64,000 bases of DNA from Flavobacterium sp. (GCA_040402815.1 JBBALV010000004.1:81797-145796); one strand, 5' to 3'. Counted from the stretch's first letter, positions 40,863 through 52,146 are shown. The notes: generated by a model not told the origin, from the sequence alone. Made by a program: numbers and translations.

Positions 40863-41268
40863 ATAGAAAATTATAAAAAAGATTCAAAATTAGTTTTTTC
40901 TAATATTTATAAATCCCTCTATTTTTTTAGCTTCTTTTACATCAAAGAACGGATTAATTAAAAGGGAACACCCATAAAAATGTATAGAACTCTTAGTTCA
41001 CTTTATATAAAAACCGTTCGTTCAATTAAAATTCTAAGCACTATTTAATTTTATACTTTGGTTACGATCAAATATAGAATACGTTACAATTCAAATAAAC
41101 AATAAGCACTACACACCCTACTAATAAATTCATTTTACAGTCAAAAAAAGAACAACTTCATTTTCTACTGCTTATATTTGTCAAAAATGATTTTTGTGAA
41201 ATAATTTATTGTGTTGTCAAATGGGCACACACTATTTCCAAACTCAAAATTTCAACGTAAAACAATAA

Positions 41269-41625
41269 ATGTCAAGAGATATACAACTTAAAGAACGCTG
41301 GGAACAGCTTGTAAAATTATTATCCGATCAGTTTTCACAAGGCGAAGATCTAGATTTGGATGCCATAATTTACCTTATTGGCGTACAAGAACTTGGTAAA
41401 ATCCATCGAGAATATAAAAAAGACGAAAAATTAAACCTCATGCACATTGCTATTTGTCGACTTTTAGAACCTTATGGTTTCTACGAATTTGAGTATTTTG
41501 ATCAAGATGGCTGGCCTCATTATATCGTAAAAGAAGAATTACCTGCGCTAAAAGCTGGTGAACAATCGGTTTTAATGAAAGAAGCAATTGTCACTTATTT
41601 CTTAGAAAAAGAACTTATAGAGTAA
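41269..41625 (+). CDS. Conserved hypothetical protein
   Basis: Clean ORF with GVQELG, EK.NLMHIAICRLL.PYG.Y, DGWPHY. Resembles a common Bacteroidota family of unknown function. Confidence 0.8.
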   Translation: MSRDIQLKERWEQLVKLLSDQFSQGEDLDLDAIIYLIGVQELGKIHREYKKDEKLNLMHIAICRLLEPYGFYEFEYFDQDGWPHYIVKEELPALKAGEQSVLMKEAIVTYFLEKELIE

Positions 41626-41732
41626 GCGAATAGTGATTGGTTATTTTTGCAACATTTATTTTACTAAATACCAATTCCATTTCACTAGTCACTAAAAATT
41701 CCTAAATTTGCACTCTCAATACTAGAATGAAA

Positions 41733-42752
41733 ATGATTGACAAGATAAACGAATATATTGCCGAAGCTAACGCTTTTTCGACCCAAGATGCGGCAGAATT
41801 AGAGATTTTTAGAATTAAATTTTTAGGAAGCAAAGGGCTTTTGAAAGACTTTTTTGCTGATTTTAAAAATGTTCCCAACGATCAAAAAAAGGAATTTGGA
41901 TTAGTAATTAATTTACTTAAAACCACTGCCGAAGAAAAAGTAAAATCGATTCAAGATGTATTAGAAAGCAAAGTAGAAATAAAAGGAGTTTATGGTGATT
42001 TAACTCGTCCTGCTGAGCCTCTAGTAATTGGTTCCCGTCATCCAATTTCATTGGTAAAAAACCAAATTATAGATATTTTTTCGACCATCGGTTTTAATGT
42101 TTCTGAAGGTCCGGAAATCGAAGACGACTGGCACAATTTCACCGCGTTGAACTTACCAGAATACCATCCAGCACGCGACATGCAAGACACCTTTTTTATT
42201 CAAACCAATCCGGATATTTTGTTAAGAACACACACTTCATCCGTGCAAGTTCGCTATATGGAAAACAATAAACCGCCTATTCGAACAATTTCGCCAGGAC
42301 GCGTTTTCCGAAACGAAGCGGTTTCATCCCGTTCGCACTGCATCTTTCACCAAGTGGAAGGATTGTATATTGATAAAGATGTTTCTTTTGCTGACTTGAA
42401 ACAAACGTTACTTTACTTTACAAAGGAAATGTTTGGGAAATCTAAAATTCGTTTACGCCCTTCTTATTTTCCTTTTACGGAGCCCAGTGCAGAAATTGAT
42501 ATTTATTGGGGATTAAAAACCGAAACCGATTATCGAATTACTAAAGGAACGGGTTGGTTAGAGATAGGTGGTTGTGGTATGGTTGACCCTAATGTACTGA
42601 AAAATTGTGGTATAAATCCCGATGAATTTAATGGTTTTGCCTTTGGAATGGGTATCGAACGCATTGCCATGCTATTGTATCAAATTGGTGATATTCGAAT
42701 GTTTTATGAAAATGACATTCGTTTCTTAGAGCAATTTAAATCAAGTATATAA
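41733..42752 (+). CDS. pheS: Phenylalanine--tRNA ligase alpha subunit
   Basis: HPARDMQDTF, LLRTHTS, FHQVEG, FPFTEPS, GFAFGMGIER. The start may be 41727 or 41733. -7 element TAAATTTG at 41703-41710. Confidence 0.97.
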   Translation: MIDKINEYIAEANAFSTQDAAELEIFRIKFLGSKGLLKDFFADFKNVPNDQKKEFGLVINLLKTTAEEKVKSIQDVLESKVEIKGVYGDLTRPAEPLVIGSRHPISLVKNQIIDIFSTIGFNVSEGPEIEDDWHNFTALNLPEYHPARDMQDTFFIQTNPDILLRTHTSSVQVRYMENNKPPIRTISPGRVFRNEAVSSRSHCIFHQVEGLYIDKDVSFADLKQTLLYFTKEMFGKSKIRLRPSYFPFTEPSAEIDIYWGLKTETDYRITKGTGWLEIGGCGMVDPNVLKNCGINPDEFNGFAFGMGIERIAMLLYQIGDIRMFYENDIRFLEQFKSSI

Positions 42753-42859
42753 AATAAATAAAAATTAGATAGATAGCGGAAAGATATTACCCGCCCATCA
42801 TCTATTAATCTAATATCTAGTAGTCTATAATTTATTAGTGTAACAGCTATTATCTCAAC

Positions 42860-43267
42860 ATGAAAAAAGACATTGTCATTCCAGAAGTAGAAAACGTTTT
42901 CCTAGCTGCAGTTCAAGAATGGAGCGACGATTTTATGGAAAAAGTTTGGTATGCCTATCTGGTAAACGATAGTGATTTTAAACTCGACAGTGTGATGATT
43001 GTCTCCAAAGCTTTTGGAACAATTGATGGTGAAATAAAGAAAACCTCGCTTTTACGTCACGCTTTTATGGAAATTCCCCCAGTTTCAGTAGCAAAAGTTG
43101 AAATGATTGAAAAAAGCGTAACTACTTTAAATAATGAATTTATGGTGACTTTCTTTATTGGAAATACCTTATATGACAAGAATTTTATCTTTAAAGCCAA
43201 TTCCATTTCAGAAAAAAATGTTGAAGAAGTGCCAATTTTATTTGTTGATGGCGTAATTGTGAGATAA
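42860..43267 (+). CDS. Conserved hypothetical protein
   Basis: Clean ORF, MKKDIVIPEVENV..., 2 nt before the next gene. Confidence 0.75.
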   Translation: MKKDIVIPEVENVFLAAVQEWSDDFMEKVWYAYLVNDSDFKLDSVMIVSKAFGTIDGEIKKTSLLRHAFMEIPPVSVAKVEMIEKSVTTLNNEFMVTFFIGNTLYDKNFIFKANSISEKNVEEVPILFVDGVIVR

Positions 43268-43269
43268 GT

Positions 43270-44253
43270 ATGAATTCCATTTCAAAAAAAATGCGATGGG
43301 GAATTATAGGTTGTGGAAATGTAACCGAAGTAAAAAGCGGTCCTGCTTATCAAAAGACCGAAGGATTTGAAATTGTAGCTGTAATGCGCAGAAATGCAGA
43401 AAAAGCGGCTGATTATGCCAAAAGACACGGCATAAAAAAATACTATTCTGATGCTGACGACTTAATAAACGATCCCGAAGTTGATGCTATTTATATCGCA
43501 ACGCCACCCGATTCCCATAAATTCTATGGACTCAAAGTCGCTTTGGCAGGTAAACCATGTTGCATAGAAAAACCTTTGGCGCCCAATTATGAAGATAGTT
43601 TGGCAATTCACAATGCCTTTTCAACTAAAAATTTACCATTATTTGTAGCCTATTATCGCCGATCACTTCCTCGATTTGAACAAATAAAAAGCTGGATTGA
43701 TCAAAAAAGTATTGGCGAAATACGACATGTAAACTGGCATTTTATGCGTCCACCATCAACAGTTGATGTTTCTGGTGAATATAATTGGAGAACTGATGTT
43801 TCTGTCGCTAAGGGCGGTTATTTCGATGATTTGGCAAGTCACGGTTTGGATTTGTTTGTTTATCTTTTAGGGGAGATAAAAAATGCTTCAGGAGTGAATT
43901 TAAACCAACAAAATTGGTATTCCGCAAAAGATGCCATTGCAGCAACATGGCTACACAAATCGGGAATTACAGGAACAGGAAGTTGGAATTTTGGCTGTCA
44001 TTTTTTGGAAGATAAGGCAACAATTTATGGTAGTAAAGGAAAAATTACTTTTTCAATATTTGAAGAAAACAACATTTTATTGGAAACTGAAAACAACACA
44101 ACTGAACTTTTTATTCCACATCCAGAAAATGTGCAGCTCTTTCATGTTAAAAAAATGCAAGAACATTTGAGCGGAATTAGTATCTATCCTGCTACAGGTT
44201 TATCCGCAGTGCACACCAATTGGGTAATGGATCAAATTATGGCGGAAATGTAA
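43270..44253 (+). CDS. Gfo/Idh/MocA family oxidoreductase
   Basis: WGIIGCG Rossmann motif, YIATPP..H, IEKP, AYYRR. Confidence 0.9.
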   Translation: MNSISKKMRWGIIGCGNVTEVKSGPAYQKTEGFEIVAVMRRNAEKAADYAKRHGIKKYYSDADDLINDPEVDAIYIATPPDSHKFYGLKVALAGKPCCIEKPLAPNYEDSLAIHNAFSTKNLPLFVAYYRRSLPRFEQIKSWIDQKSIGEIRHVNWHFMRPPSTVDVSGEYNWRTDVSVAKGGYFDDLASHGLDLFVYLLGEIKNASGVNLNQQNWYSAKDAIAATWLHKSGITGTGSWNFGCHFLEDKATIYGSKGKITFSIFEENNILLETENNTTELFIPHPENVQLFHVKKMQEHLSGISIYPATGLSAVHTNWVMDQIMAEM

Positions 44254-44452
44254 AACTAAATTATTGTCAAGATACATGTATGTTGGCCTTGTTATCGTTA
44301 AATAAATTAGTAAATCCCAACACATTACTTAAATTAGCGTTTTCAAAACAGCATCAATTACTTATAAATAAGCTAAGAAAAACAACAAGATATAATTTAT
44401 TCTTATAGAAAAAGGAATTAAATGGGTTTACATACCAATAAAAAACAAAATA

Positions 44453-45313
44453 ATGAAACTGTACGCAATAGAATCCGGAAATTTTAAACTTGACGGTGGT
44501 GCCATGTTTGGGGTCGTGCCAAAAACCATTTGGAACAAAACCAATCCTGCAGACGAAAACAATCTAATTGACATTGCCGCACGATGCCTATTAATTGAAG
44601 ATAGCAACCGCCTAATTTTAATTGACACCGGAATGGGCAACAAACAATCAGAAAAATTCTTTGGCTACTATTCGCTTTGGGGAACCCACTCAATGGATGC
44701 TTCATTGGCAAAATACGGTTTTCATCGCGAAGATATTACCGATGTTTTTATGACCCATTTGCATTTTGATCATTGTGGTGGAAGTGTGCAGTGGAACTCC
44801 AATAAAACAGGATATGAACCCGCTTTTAAAAACGCCAAATTTTGGACCAATGAAAATCATTGGGAATGGGCAACAAAACCCAACGCTAGAGAAAAAGCCT
44901 CTTTCCTTTCGGAAAATATTTTACCTATGCAAGAAAGTGGTCAACTGCATTTTATCAAACGTCTTGAAGGTGATTTTTTACCAGAATCAGAACTTGGTTT
45001 TGGTATTTTCTTTGCCGATGGGCACACCGAAAAAATGATGTTACCACAGATTAAATATCGAGAAAAAACCATTTGTTTTATGGCCGATTTAGTGCCAACT
45101 GCGGGACATTTACCTTTGCCGTACGTGATGGGCTATGATACAAGACCATTATTAACCTTGCCAGAAAAAGCAAAGTTTCTCACTGAAGCGGCAACCAACA
45201 ACTATTATTTATTTTTAGAACACGATGCGCATAACGAAATCATTACTGTTGAAAATACAGATAGAGGGGTGCGTTTAAAAGAAATTTTCACATGTGACGA
45301 TGTCCTAAAATAA
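44453..45313 (+). CDS. MBL-fold metallo-hydrolase
   Basis: LDGGAMFG, LIDTG, THLHFDHCGG, GHT, AD, EHD. Confidence 0.92.
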   Translation: MKLYAIESGNFKLDGGAMFGVVPKTIWNKTNPADENNLIDIAARCLLIEDSNRLILIDTGMGNKQSEKFFGYYSLWGTHSMDASLAKYGFHREDITDVFMTHLHFDHCGGSVQWNSNKTGYEPAFKNAKFWTNENHWEWATKPNAREKASFLSENILPMQESGQLHFIKRLEGDFLPESELGFGIFFADGHTEKMMLPQIKYREKTICFMADLVPTAGHLPLPYVMGYDTRPLLTLPEKAKFLTEAATNNYYLFLEHDAHNEIITVENTDRGVRLKEIFTCDDVLK

Positions 45314-45386
45314 AGTTAATTTGTATCGTTATTGTAATAATCTTAAAGTATTTTTGACCTACTAACTTAATTGAAAAATAAGCAAA

Positions 45387-46964
45387 ATGAAAATAATAAA
45401 ACGCACCTATTTATCGCTAATTACTGCTTTAGCACTATCTTTTTCAGCAAATGCACAAAGCACAACTACATTTACTGCAAAAAAGGCAGCTCTTACTGAA
45501 AACCAATTACAGCGATGGAGTCATTTAGATCTAGCCAAAGATAGTATTCCAGGAATGAGTGTTGACAAAGCTTACGCTGAATTGTTGAAAAACAAAAAAG
45601 GAGTAAAAGTAATTGTAGGTATTGTAGATTCTGGAGTTGACATCGACCACGAAGATTTAAAAGCAGTTATCTGGACTAATAAAAAAGAAATTGCAGGAAA
45701 TGGAATAGATGATGATAAAAACGGTTACATCGATGATATTCATGGATGGAACTTTTTAGGACAATCGAATAACGAAAATTTAGAATTAGTGCGCATGCTG
45801 AAAAAACCAGACGATGGTTCGGAAGTATATAAAAAAGCCCAAGAAGAATTCAAAGTAAAACAAGACGAATGCATGCAAAATAAACAACAAGTTGATTTTA
45901 TTTTAAATGCGGACAAAGCAATTCGAGAATTTTTAAAGAAAGACACTTATTCGCTTGATGATTTAAAAGCCATTAATACAGAGGATTCAAATTTAAAAAG
46001 AAGCACGATGGTGATGCAATCTGTGGCTAGTAAAGCAGGAAGTGATTTCATGGGAGCAATTAATGAATTCAAAGATTATGTATACGAACAGGTTGATTTT
46101 AATTTAAATAAAGATTTTGACGGTCGTAAACTTGTTGGTGACAACCCAGAAGATATTAAAGATAAAAAATATGGTAACAATACCGTATATGCACCAGACA
46201 AAGAAGATTCGCTTCATGGAACCCACGTAGCAGGCATAATTGCACAAGGTAGAAACAACAATTTAGGAGGCGATGGAGTTAATTCGAATGTAGAAATTAT
46301 GGCGGTAAGAGCCGTTCCAAATGGAGATGAGTATGATAAAGATGTTGCGTTATCCATTCGTTATGCGGTTGATAATGGTGCAAAAGTTATTAATGGGAGT
46401 TTTGGAAAAGATTTTTCCCCACACAAAGAATGGGTTTGGGATGCTATCAAATATGCCGAATCAAAAGACGTTTTGATTGTATTTGCTGCAGGGAATGATG
46501 CAAAAGATATAGATATAGAACCAACTTTTCCTACAGATTCCAAAGACAAAAAAACGGAAATTTCAGATAATGTTTTGACAATTGGAGCATTAAATTTTGA
46601 ATATGGAAGTGCTATGGTTGCTGATTTTTCCAATTATGGAAAAAACAATGTAGATGTTTTTGCTCCAGGCGTTCAAATTTATGCTACAGTTCCAAATAAT
46701 AAATACAAATTTGAGCAAGGAACATCAATGGCATCACCAAATGCAGCAGGAGTAGCGGCTTTAGTTCGTTCGTATTATCCAAAATTGTCTGCCAAACAAG
46801 TAAAGCATATTCTTATGGATTCTGGAACTGCCATCACTACAGAAGTTGTTGTTGCTGGAGATCCAAGTAACAAACAACCTTTTTCAAATCTTTGCAAATC
46901 GGGAAAAATAGTTAATGCTTACAATGCGTTGCTTATGGCCGAAAACATGTCCAAAAAGAAATAA
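45387..46964 (+). CDS. S8 subtilisin-like serine peptidase
   Basis: Catalytic triad motifs VDSGVD, HGTHVAG, GTSMASP. Signal peptide. No T9SS CTD seen. Confidence 0.93.
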   Translation: MKIIKRTYLSLITALALSFSANAQSTTTFTAKKAALTENQLQRWSHLDLAKDSIPGMSVDKAYAELLKNKKGVKVIVGIVDSGVDIDHEDLKAVIWTNKKEIAGNGIDDDKNGYIDDIHGWNFLGQSNNENLELVRMLKKPDDGSEVYKKAQEEFKVKQDECMQNKQQVDFILNADKAIREFLKKDTYSLDDLKAINTEDSNLKRSTMVMQSVASKAGSDFMGAINEFKDYVYEQVDFNLNKDFDGRKLVGDNPEDIKDKKYGNNTVYAPDKEDSLHGTHVAGIIAQGRNNNLGGDGVNSNVEIMAVRAVPNGDEYDKDVALSIRYAVDNGAKVINGSFGKDFSPHKEWVWDAIKYAESKDVLIVFAAGNDAKDIDIEPTFPTDSKDKKTEISDNVLTIGALNFEYGSAMVADFSNYGKNNVDVFAPGVQIYATVPNNKYKFEQGTSMASPNAAGVAALVRSYYPKLSAKQVKHILMDSGTAITTEVVVAGDPSNKQPFSNLCKSGKIVNAYNALLMAENMSKKK

Positions 46965-46983
46965 TAATGTTACAATAATATAA

Positions 46984-47026
46984 AAGCTTGTCTTTAATTT
47001 TAAATAAATTTAGACAAGCTTCTTTT
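46984..47026 (+). terminator. Intrinsic terminator-like hairpin
   Basis: AAGCTTGTCT...AGACAAGCTT followed by CTTTT. Confidence 0.6.
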
Positions 47027-47060
47027 ATAAAAATTACTTTCCCATTTTATTGTTTACAAA

Positions 47061-48944
47061 ATGAAAAAACTACTTTTATTTACATTCCTAATTTGCGCTT
47101 TAGCAAAAACAACGGCGCAAAGCAACAAGTATTGGCAACAACACGTGGACTATAAAATGCAGGTGACAATGGATGTAAATACCTATAATTATAAAGGCAC
47201 ACAAGAATTGATTTATGAAAACAATTCGCCAGACACCTTAAAAAAAGTGTTTTATCACTTGTATAACAACGCCTTCCAGCCGGGTAGTGAGATGGATGCT
47301 CGATTGAAAGCCATTAAAGACCCCGATGCACGAATGGTTACGAAAACTAAAAATGCGGATGGTACAATTACAAAAGAAAGTAGAATTTCAAGTTTAAAAC
47401 CTGATGAAATCGGATATTTAAAAACATCAAACTTCAAGCAAGATGGGGTTTTTGCAGCAACAAAAGAAGTGGGAACTATCCTAGAAGTTACATTATCAAA
47501 ACCAATTTTACCACATTCAAAAACTACATTCACACTTGACTTCGATGGACAAGTGCCCATTCAAATTCGTCGTTCAGGAAGAAATAACAGCGAAGGTATT
47601 GCGTTATCCATGGCACAATGGTATCCAAAAATAGCCGAATTTGATTTTGAAGGATGGCACGCCGACCCTTATATTGCAAGAGAATTTCATGGTGTTTGGG
47701 GCAATTTTGATGTGAAAATTACTATTGATTCCAATTATATTATTGGGGGATCAGGCTATTTAGAAAACGCTAATACTATTGGTTTTGGATACGAAGATAA
47801 AAATAAAAAAATAAAAAAAGATGCCAATGCCGAAACCCTAACATGGCATTTTATAGCTCCTAATGTACACGATTTTACATGGGCTGCAGACAAAAATTAT
47901 TTGCATGATGTAGTGCAAGTTCCTGAGGGAGCGACCCTACATTTTCTATATAAAAACAATCCGAAAATCATTGCGAATTGGAAAAAATTAGAACCTAAAA
48001 CCGTCCAACTAATGCAATTTTACAATGCAACGGTGGGCAAATATCCTTACAAACAATACTCCGTAATTCAAGGGGGCGATGGCGGAATGGAATATGCTAT
48101 GTGTACTTTAATTCTTGGTGAAGGCACGTATGAAGGCATTCTTGGAACTACAGCTCACGAAATGGCACACTCGTGGTTCCAACACATTTTGGCTACCAAC
48201 GAGAGCAAACATTCCTGGATGGATGAAGGATTTACTTCCTTTTTAGAAGATTTAGGCATGAATGCAATTGCTGATAAAAAAATTGAAAATCCTTTTTCAG
48301 GAGCCTATTCAGGATATATCAATTTAGCCAATTCAGGAAAAGAGCAACCTTTGTCTACTCATTCCGATAGATACGATGAAAACAGAAGCTATAGTGTTTC
48401 TTCCTACAGCAAAGGCGAAGTATTTTTGGCGCAATTGCAATATATTATTGGGAAAGAAAATCTTTTAAAAACAGTACAAAGATATTTTCAGGATTTTAAA
48501 TTCAAACATCCAACGCCAAATGACATAAAAAGAAGTGCCGAACGCGTTTCGGGAGCCAATTTAGATTGGTATTTAACTGATTTTACTGAAACTACCAATA
48601 CGATAGATTATGCCATTAAAGAGGTTAACGAAGACAACAATCAAACCACGGTTATATTTGAACGCCTTGGCAGAACGCCTATGCCAATTGACGTTACGGT
48701 TGACTATATCGATGGCACAAAAGAAAGTTTTTATATTCCACTACGAATGATGAGTTTTGAAAAAGCAAATCCAAATCCCAACACAAAAAGAACGGTTTTG
48801 TCCGATTGGGCTTGGGCTTATCCTACTTATTCATTTGCGATAGCAAAACCTAAAAACACCATCAAGAAAATCACAATTGATGAGAGTAATTTAATGGCGG
48901 ATGTAAAACCAGAAAATAATGTTTACGAAGTTGTTATTAAGTGA
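47061..48944 (+). CDS. M1 family metallopeptidase
   Basis: Signal peptide, GGMEY, HEMAHSW...DEGFT, YSKG. Confidence 0.92.
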   Translation: MKKLLLFTFLICALAKTTAQSNKYWQQHVDYKMQVTMDVNTYNYKGTQELIYENNSPDTLKKVFYHLYNNAFQPGSEMDARLKAIKDPDARMVTKTKNADGTITKESRISSLKPDEIGYLKTSNFKQDGVFAATKEVGTILEVTLSKPILPHSKTTFTLDFDGQVPIQIRRSGRNNSEGIALSMAQWYPKIAEFDFEGWHADPYIAREFHGVWGNFDVKITIDSNYIIGGSGYLENANTIGFGYEDKNKKIKKDANAETLTWHFIAPNVHDFTWAADKNYLHDVVQVPEGATLHFLYKNNPKIIANWKKLEPKTVQLMQFYNATVGKYPYKQYSVIQGGDGGMEYAMCTLILGEGTYEGILGTTAHEMAHSWFQHILATNESKHSWMDEGFTSFLEDLGMNAIADKKIENPFSGAYSGYINLANSGKEQPLSTHSDRYDENRSYSVSSYSKGEVFLAQLQYIIGKENLLKTVQRYFQDFKFKHPTPNDIKRSAERVSGANLDWYLTDFTETTNTIDYAIKEVNEDNNQTTVIFERLGRTPMPIDVTVDYIDGTKESFYIPLRMMSFEKANPNPNTKRTVLSDWAWAYPTYSFAIAKPKNTIKKITIDESNLMADVKPENNVYEVVIK

Positions 48945-48971
48945 TAAAAAATGGAGTTCAACAAGGGTTAT

Positions 48972-49508
48972 TTAAAACCGATACCCTACCGAAAGTCCAA
49001 ATTTTCCAACAATCTTATAACTTGATGCGTAATTAGAATAATCGTTTAATAAATTTCTTCCAACACCAGAATTAATTTCAAACAAAATTCCATTCCGAGT
49101 AATCCATTTTCCACCTATACCAATACCAATTGCTAAATCAGTAACATTTGAGGTTTCATAAGAATAATAGTAACCATATGAAGTGCGTTTTTCAGCTTTA
49201 AAACTACTTAGCATTGTGAATCCTTCAAAGAAAAAACCAGCTGCTGGTTTGTCTCCAAAATACAAACGATAATAAGGGCTTAAACTAAAAGTGGTATTGA
49301 TTTCACGCCCTGAAGATAATATTAGACCCACTCCTAAACCAGATTCATCATTTATTAGGTGTTCGTAAGACGCATTTAAAGCCCCTGCAAATATTAAATA
49401 AGTGACATCTAATTTTAATTCGTTTTGTTTAAAATCAATTGTTTTTTTCTCTTGGCTATTGCCAAATGAATAAACTAAAATGCAGAATGCTATTACGAAT
49501 TTTTTCAT
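48972..49508 (-). CDS. Outer-membrane beta-barrel protein (DUF3575-like)
   Basis: Start moved to ATG 49508 (MKKFVIAF, signal peptide). Alternating strands and C-terminal GLSVGYRF. Confidence 0.75.
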   Translation of the reverse strand: MKKFVIAFCILVYSFGNSQEKKTIDFKQNELKLDVTYLIFAGALNASYEHLINDESGLGVGLILSSGREINTTFSLSPYYRLYFGDKPAAGFFFEGFTMLSSFKAEKRTSYGYYYSYETSNVTDLAIGIGIGGKWITRNGILFEINSGVGRNLLNDYSNYASSYKIVGKFGLSVGYRF

Positions 49509-49567
49509 TTGTTTAAGTTTTAAGGAACAAATGTAATGCATTTAAAGAATAAATATGCTTAAAAGAA

Positions 49568-50161
49568 TTATTTGTCCCGATTTACATACAAACGAGAAAC
49601 ATACTTTCCTATTACGTCAAACTCTAAATTTATTTTTGTACCTACAACAAAAGTATTGAAATTAGTGTGCTCAAATGTATAGGGGATAATTGCTACACTA
49701 AATTCGTTTTTCTTGGAGTGAACCACGGTTAGACTAACACCATTAACAGTTACAGACCCTTTTTCGATGGTAATATTACCTACACTTTCATCATATTCAA
49801 AGGTATAATACCAACTTCCGTTTGCGTTTTCAACACTTTTACAAATACCAATTTGATCCACATGCCCTTGTACGATATGCCCGTCCAAACGATCACCAAG
49901 TTTCATGGCGCGTTCTAAATTGACTAGACTTCCCGTTTTCCAATCATTTAAATTGGTTTTTTCCAAAGTTTCTCTAATTGCAGTAACCGTATATTGATTG
50001 TCATTTATTGCAACAACCGTTAGACAAACGCCGTTGTGAGCCACACTTTGGTCAATTTTCAACTCCTTTGTGATGGATGACGTAATGGTTATGTGAAGAT
50101 TATCATTGTCTTTTACTAGTGCTGTAACAGTGCCGAGTGATTCTATAATTCCTGTAAACAT
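49568..50161 (-). CDS. ribE: Riboflavin synthase (alpha chain; ribE in B. subtilis nomenclature, ribC in E. coli)
   Basis: MFTGII, SVAHNGVCLT, NLERA, GHIVQGHVD, NLEFD. Confidence 0.96.
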   Translation of the reverse strand: MFTGIIESLGTVTALVKDNDNLHITITSSITKELKIDQSVAHNGVCLTVVAINDNQYTVTAIRETLEKTNLNDWKTGSLVNLERAMKLGDRLDGHIVQGHVDQIGICKSVENANGSWYYTFEYDESVGNITIEKGSVTVNGVSLTVVHSKKNEFSVAIIPYTFEHTNFNTFVVGTKINLEFDVIGKYVSRLYVNRDK

Positions 50162-50223
50162 TTCTTATTTTATTTTTACTAAATTTGCACTTCAAAATTA
50201 GCAATAAATAACCTGAAGTAATA

Positions 50224-51258
50224 ATGAAAAAAGCAGAAAATATAATCGTCGGAATTTCAATCGGAGATTTAAACGGTATTGGAAGCGAAGTTGTTCTAAA
50301 AACATTTGAAGACAATCGAATGTTGGAATTGTGCACGCCTGTTATTTTTGCAAACGTAAAAATACTTTCATTTCTAAAAAAGAGTTTTGAATCGACAACG
50401 GTGCTTCATGGTATAGATCGATTGGATCAGATTGTTACCGGAAAAATCAATGTACTCAATGTTTGGCGTGAAGGATTTACTTTAGAGTATGGTGTAAACG
50501 ACCCAATTGTTGGGAGTTATGCCATCAAATCATTTGTTGCTGCTACAAAAGCCTTGAAAGAAGGATTAATAGATGTTTTGGTAACTGCGCCAATAAATAA
50601 ATATAATGTTCAATCGGACGAATTTAAATTTCCAGGACACACGGATTATTTAAACCAAGAATTAGAGGGCAATGCTTTGATGTTAATGGTTCAGGATAAT
50701 TTGAGAGTAGGTCTTTTAACCGACCATATTCCTGTAAATGAAGTGGCTTCACATCTAACAGAAACCCTAATCCGTCAAAAAATAGAAACGGTAAAACAAT
50801 CTTTAATTCAAGACTTTAGCATCAATAAACCTAAAATTGCTGTATTAGGATTAAATCCTCATGCTGGCGACGGTGGTGTTATTGGAAAAGAAGATGAAGA
50901 AATTTTAAAACCCGTCATAAAAAAAATGTTCGAGAAAGGCACACTCGTTTTTGGACCTTATCCAGCTGATGGTTTTTTTGGAAGTGCACAATATGAGAAA
51001 TTTGATGCCGTAATCGCTTCTTATCACGACCAAGGATTGATTCCGTTTAAAACATTGTCTTTCGGAAATGGTGTTAATTATACTGCGGGTTTGAATAAAA
51101 TTAGAACGTCACCGGATCACGGCACTGCCTACGACATTGCAGGAAAAGGCATCGCCGATTTTAACTCCTTCAAAGAAGCGGTTTATTTGGCAATTGATAT
51201 TTATAACTCTCGAAATGAGTTTGCTGAAATCAGTAAAATGCCACTAAAATCAAAATAA
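50224..51258 (+). CDS. pdxA: 4-hydroxythreonine-4-phosphate dehydrogenase
   Basis: GDLNGIGSE, TAPINK, GHTDYL, LNPHAG, YHDQGLIPFK, RTSPDHGTA. -7 element TAAATTTG at 50180-50187. Confidence 0.96.
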   Translation: MKKAENIIVGISIGDLNGIGSEVVLKTFEDNRMLELCTPVIFANVKILSFLKKSFESTTVLHGIDRLDQIVTGKINVLNVWREGFTLEYGVNDPIVGSYAIKSFVAATKALKEGLIDVLVTAPINKYNVQSDEFKFPGHTDYLNQELEGNALMLMVQDNLRVGLLTDHIPVNEVASHLTETLIRQKIETVKQSLIQDFSINKPKIAVLGLNPHAGDGGVIGKEDEEILKPVIKKMFEKGTLVFGPYPADGFFGSAQYEKFDAVIASYHDQGLIPFKTLSFGNGVNYTAGLNKIRTSPDHGTAYDIAGKGIADFNSFKEAVYLAIDIYNSRNEFAEISKMPLKSK

Positions 51259-51354
51259 AAACACTTATAAACAAAAAAAGGTTAATAACCCTTTTGAATT
51301 TGTAATTAATTTATATCTTTGCACTCCTTAATAAAGGAACAAATTGTTGTTATA

Positions 51355-51891
51355 ATGAAACAATTAAATCAATTTTTAATTTCTTTTATAGGATTAAAAT
51401 TAGGAAAACATCAGTTTGAATATCAAATAAATAAAACGTTCTTTGATACCTTTGATTATGATGAATTTGAAAATTCAAACATCAAAGTAAATTTAGTTTT
51501 TGAAAAGAAAACGACCTTCATGGAACTACATTTTAAGCATAAAGGAACGATTCATGTTCCTTGTGACTTAACAAATGAAATGTTTGATATGCCTATTAAA
51601 GGCAAAATAAGATTAGTAGTTCAATTTGGTGAAGCATTTAATAATGATAATGATGAATTGTTGATTTTGCCTCACGGCGAACATCAAATTGATGTTTCAC
51701 AATACATTTATGAAATGATTGTGCTTTCTATCCCATTAAGGAAAATACATCCTGGAATTAAAGACGGCACTCTAAAATCAGAAGCGCTTGACAAGCTAAA
51801 TGAATTGAAAGTAAAAAAAGTAGTGCAAAGCACAAAAGAAGAAATAGACCCACGTTGGGACAAATTAAAACAACTATTAACGGATAAATAA
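51355..51891 (+). CDS. yceD: YceD/DUF177 family protein
   Basis: Located before rpmF. C-terminal DPRWDKLK. Start moved to ATG 51355 downstream of -7 element TATCTTTG (51314-51321). Confidence 0.88.
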   Translation: MKQLNQFLISFIGLKLGKHQFEYQINKTFFDTFDYDEFENSNIKVNLVFEKKTTFMELHFKHKGTIHVPCDLTNEMFDMPIKGKIRLVVQFGEAFNNDNDELLILPHGEHQIDVSQYIYEMIVLSIPLRKIHPGIKDGTLKSEALDKLNELKVKKVVQSTKEEIDPRWDKLKQLLTDK

Positions 51892-51900
51892 TACAGTACA

Positions 51901-52095
51901 ATGGCACATCCTAAGAGAAAAATCTCCAAAACAAGAAGAGATAAGAGAAGAACACATTATAAAGCAACTGTAGCTCAAATCGCTACTTGTCCAATCACTG
52001 GAGAAGCTCATTTATACCACAGAGCCTATTGGCATGAAGGTAAAATGTATTACAGAGGGCAAGTTGTTATTGACAAGCAAGTTGCTGTTGCATAA
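51901..52095 (+). CDS. rpmF: 50S ribosomal protein L32
   Basis: [19 protein letters not shown]. Confidence 0.97.
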   Translation: MAHPKRKISKTRRDKRRTHYKATVAQIATCPITGEAHLYHRAYWHEGKMYYRGQVVIDKQVAVA

Positions 52096-52119
52096 TACAA
52101 TATTGCAAAACATTTTTTA

Positions 52120-52146
52120 AACTCTCACCTAGTGAGGGTTTTTTTT
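52120..52146 (+). terminator. Intrinsic terminator after rpmF
   Basis: AACTCTCAC-CTA-GTGAGGGTT then a T tract. Confidence 0.8.

Noticed and set aside
40863-41268. Hidden tRNA or ncRNA in the 400-bp gap after the adhesin (other long gaps also checked)
   Set aside because: No cloverleaf, T-loop GTTCRA motif or GC-rich stem was found by eye.
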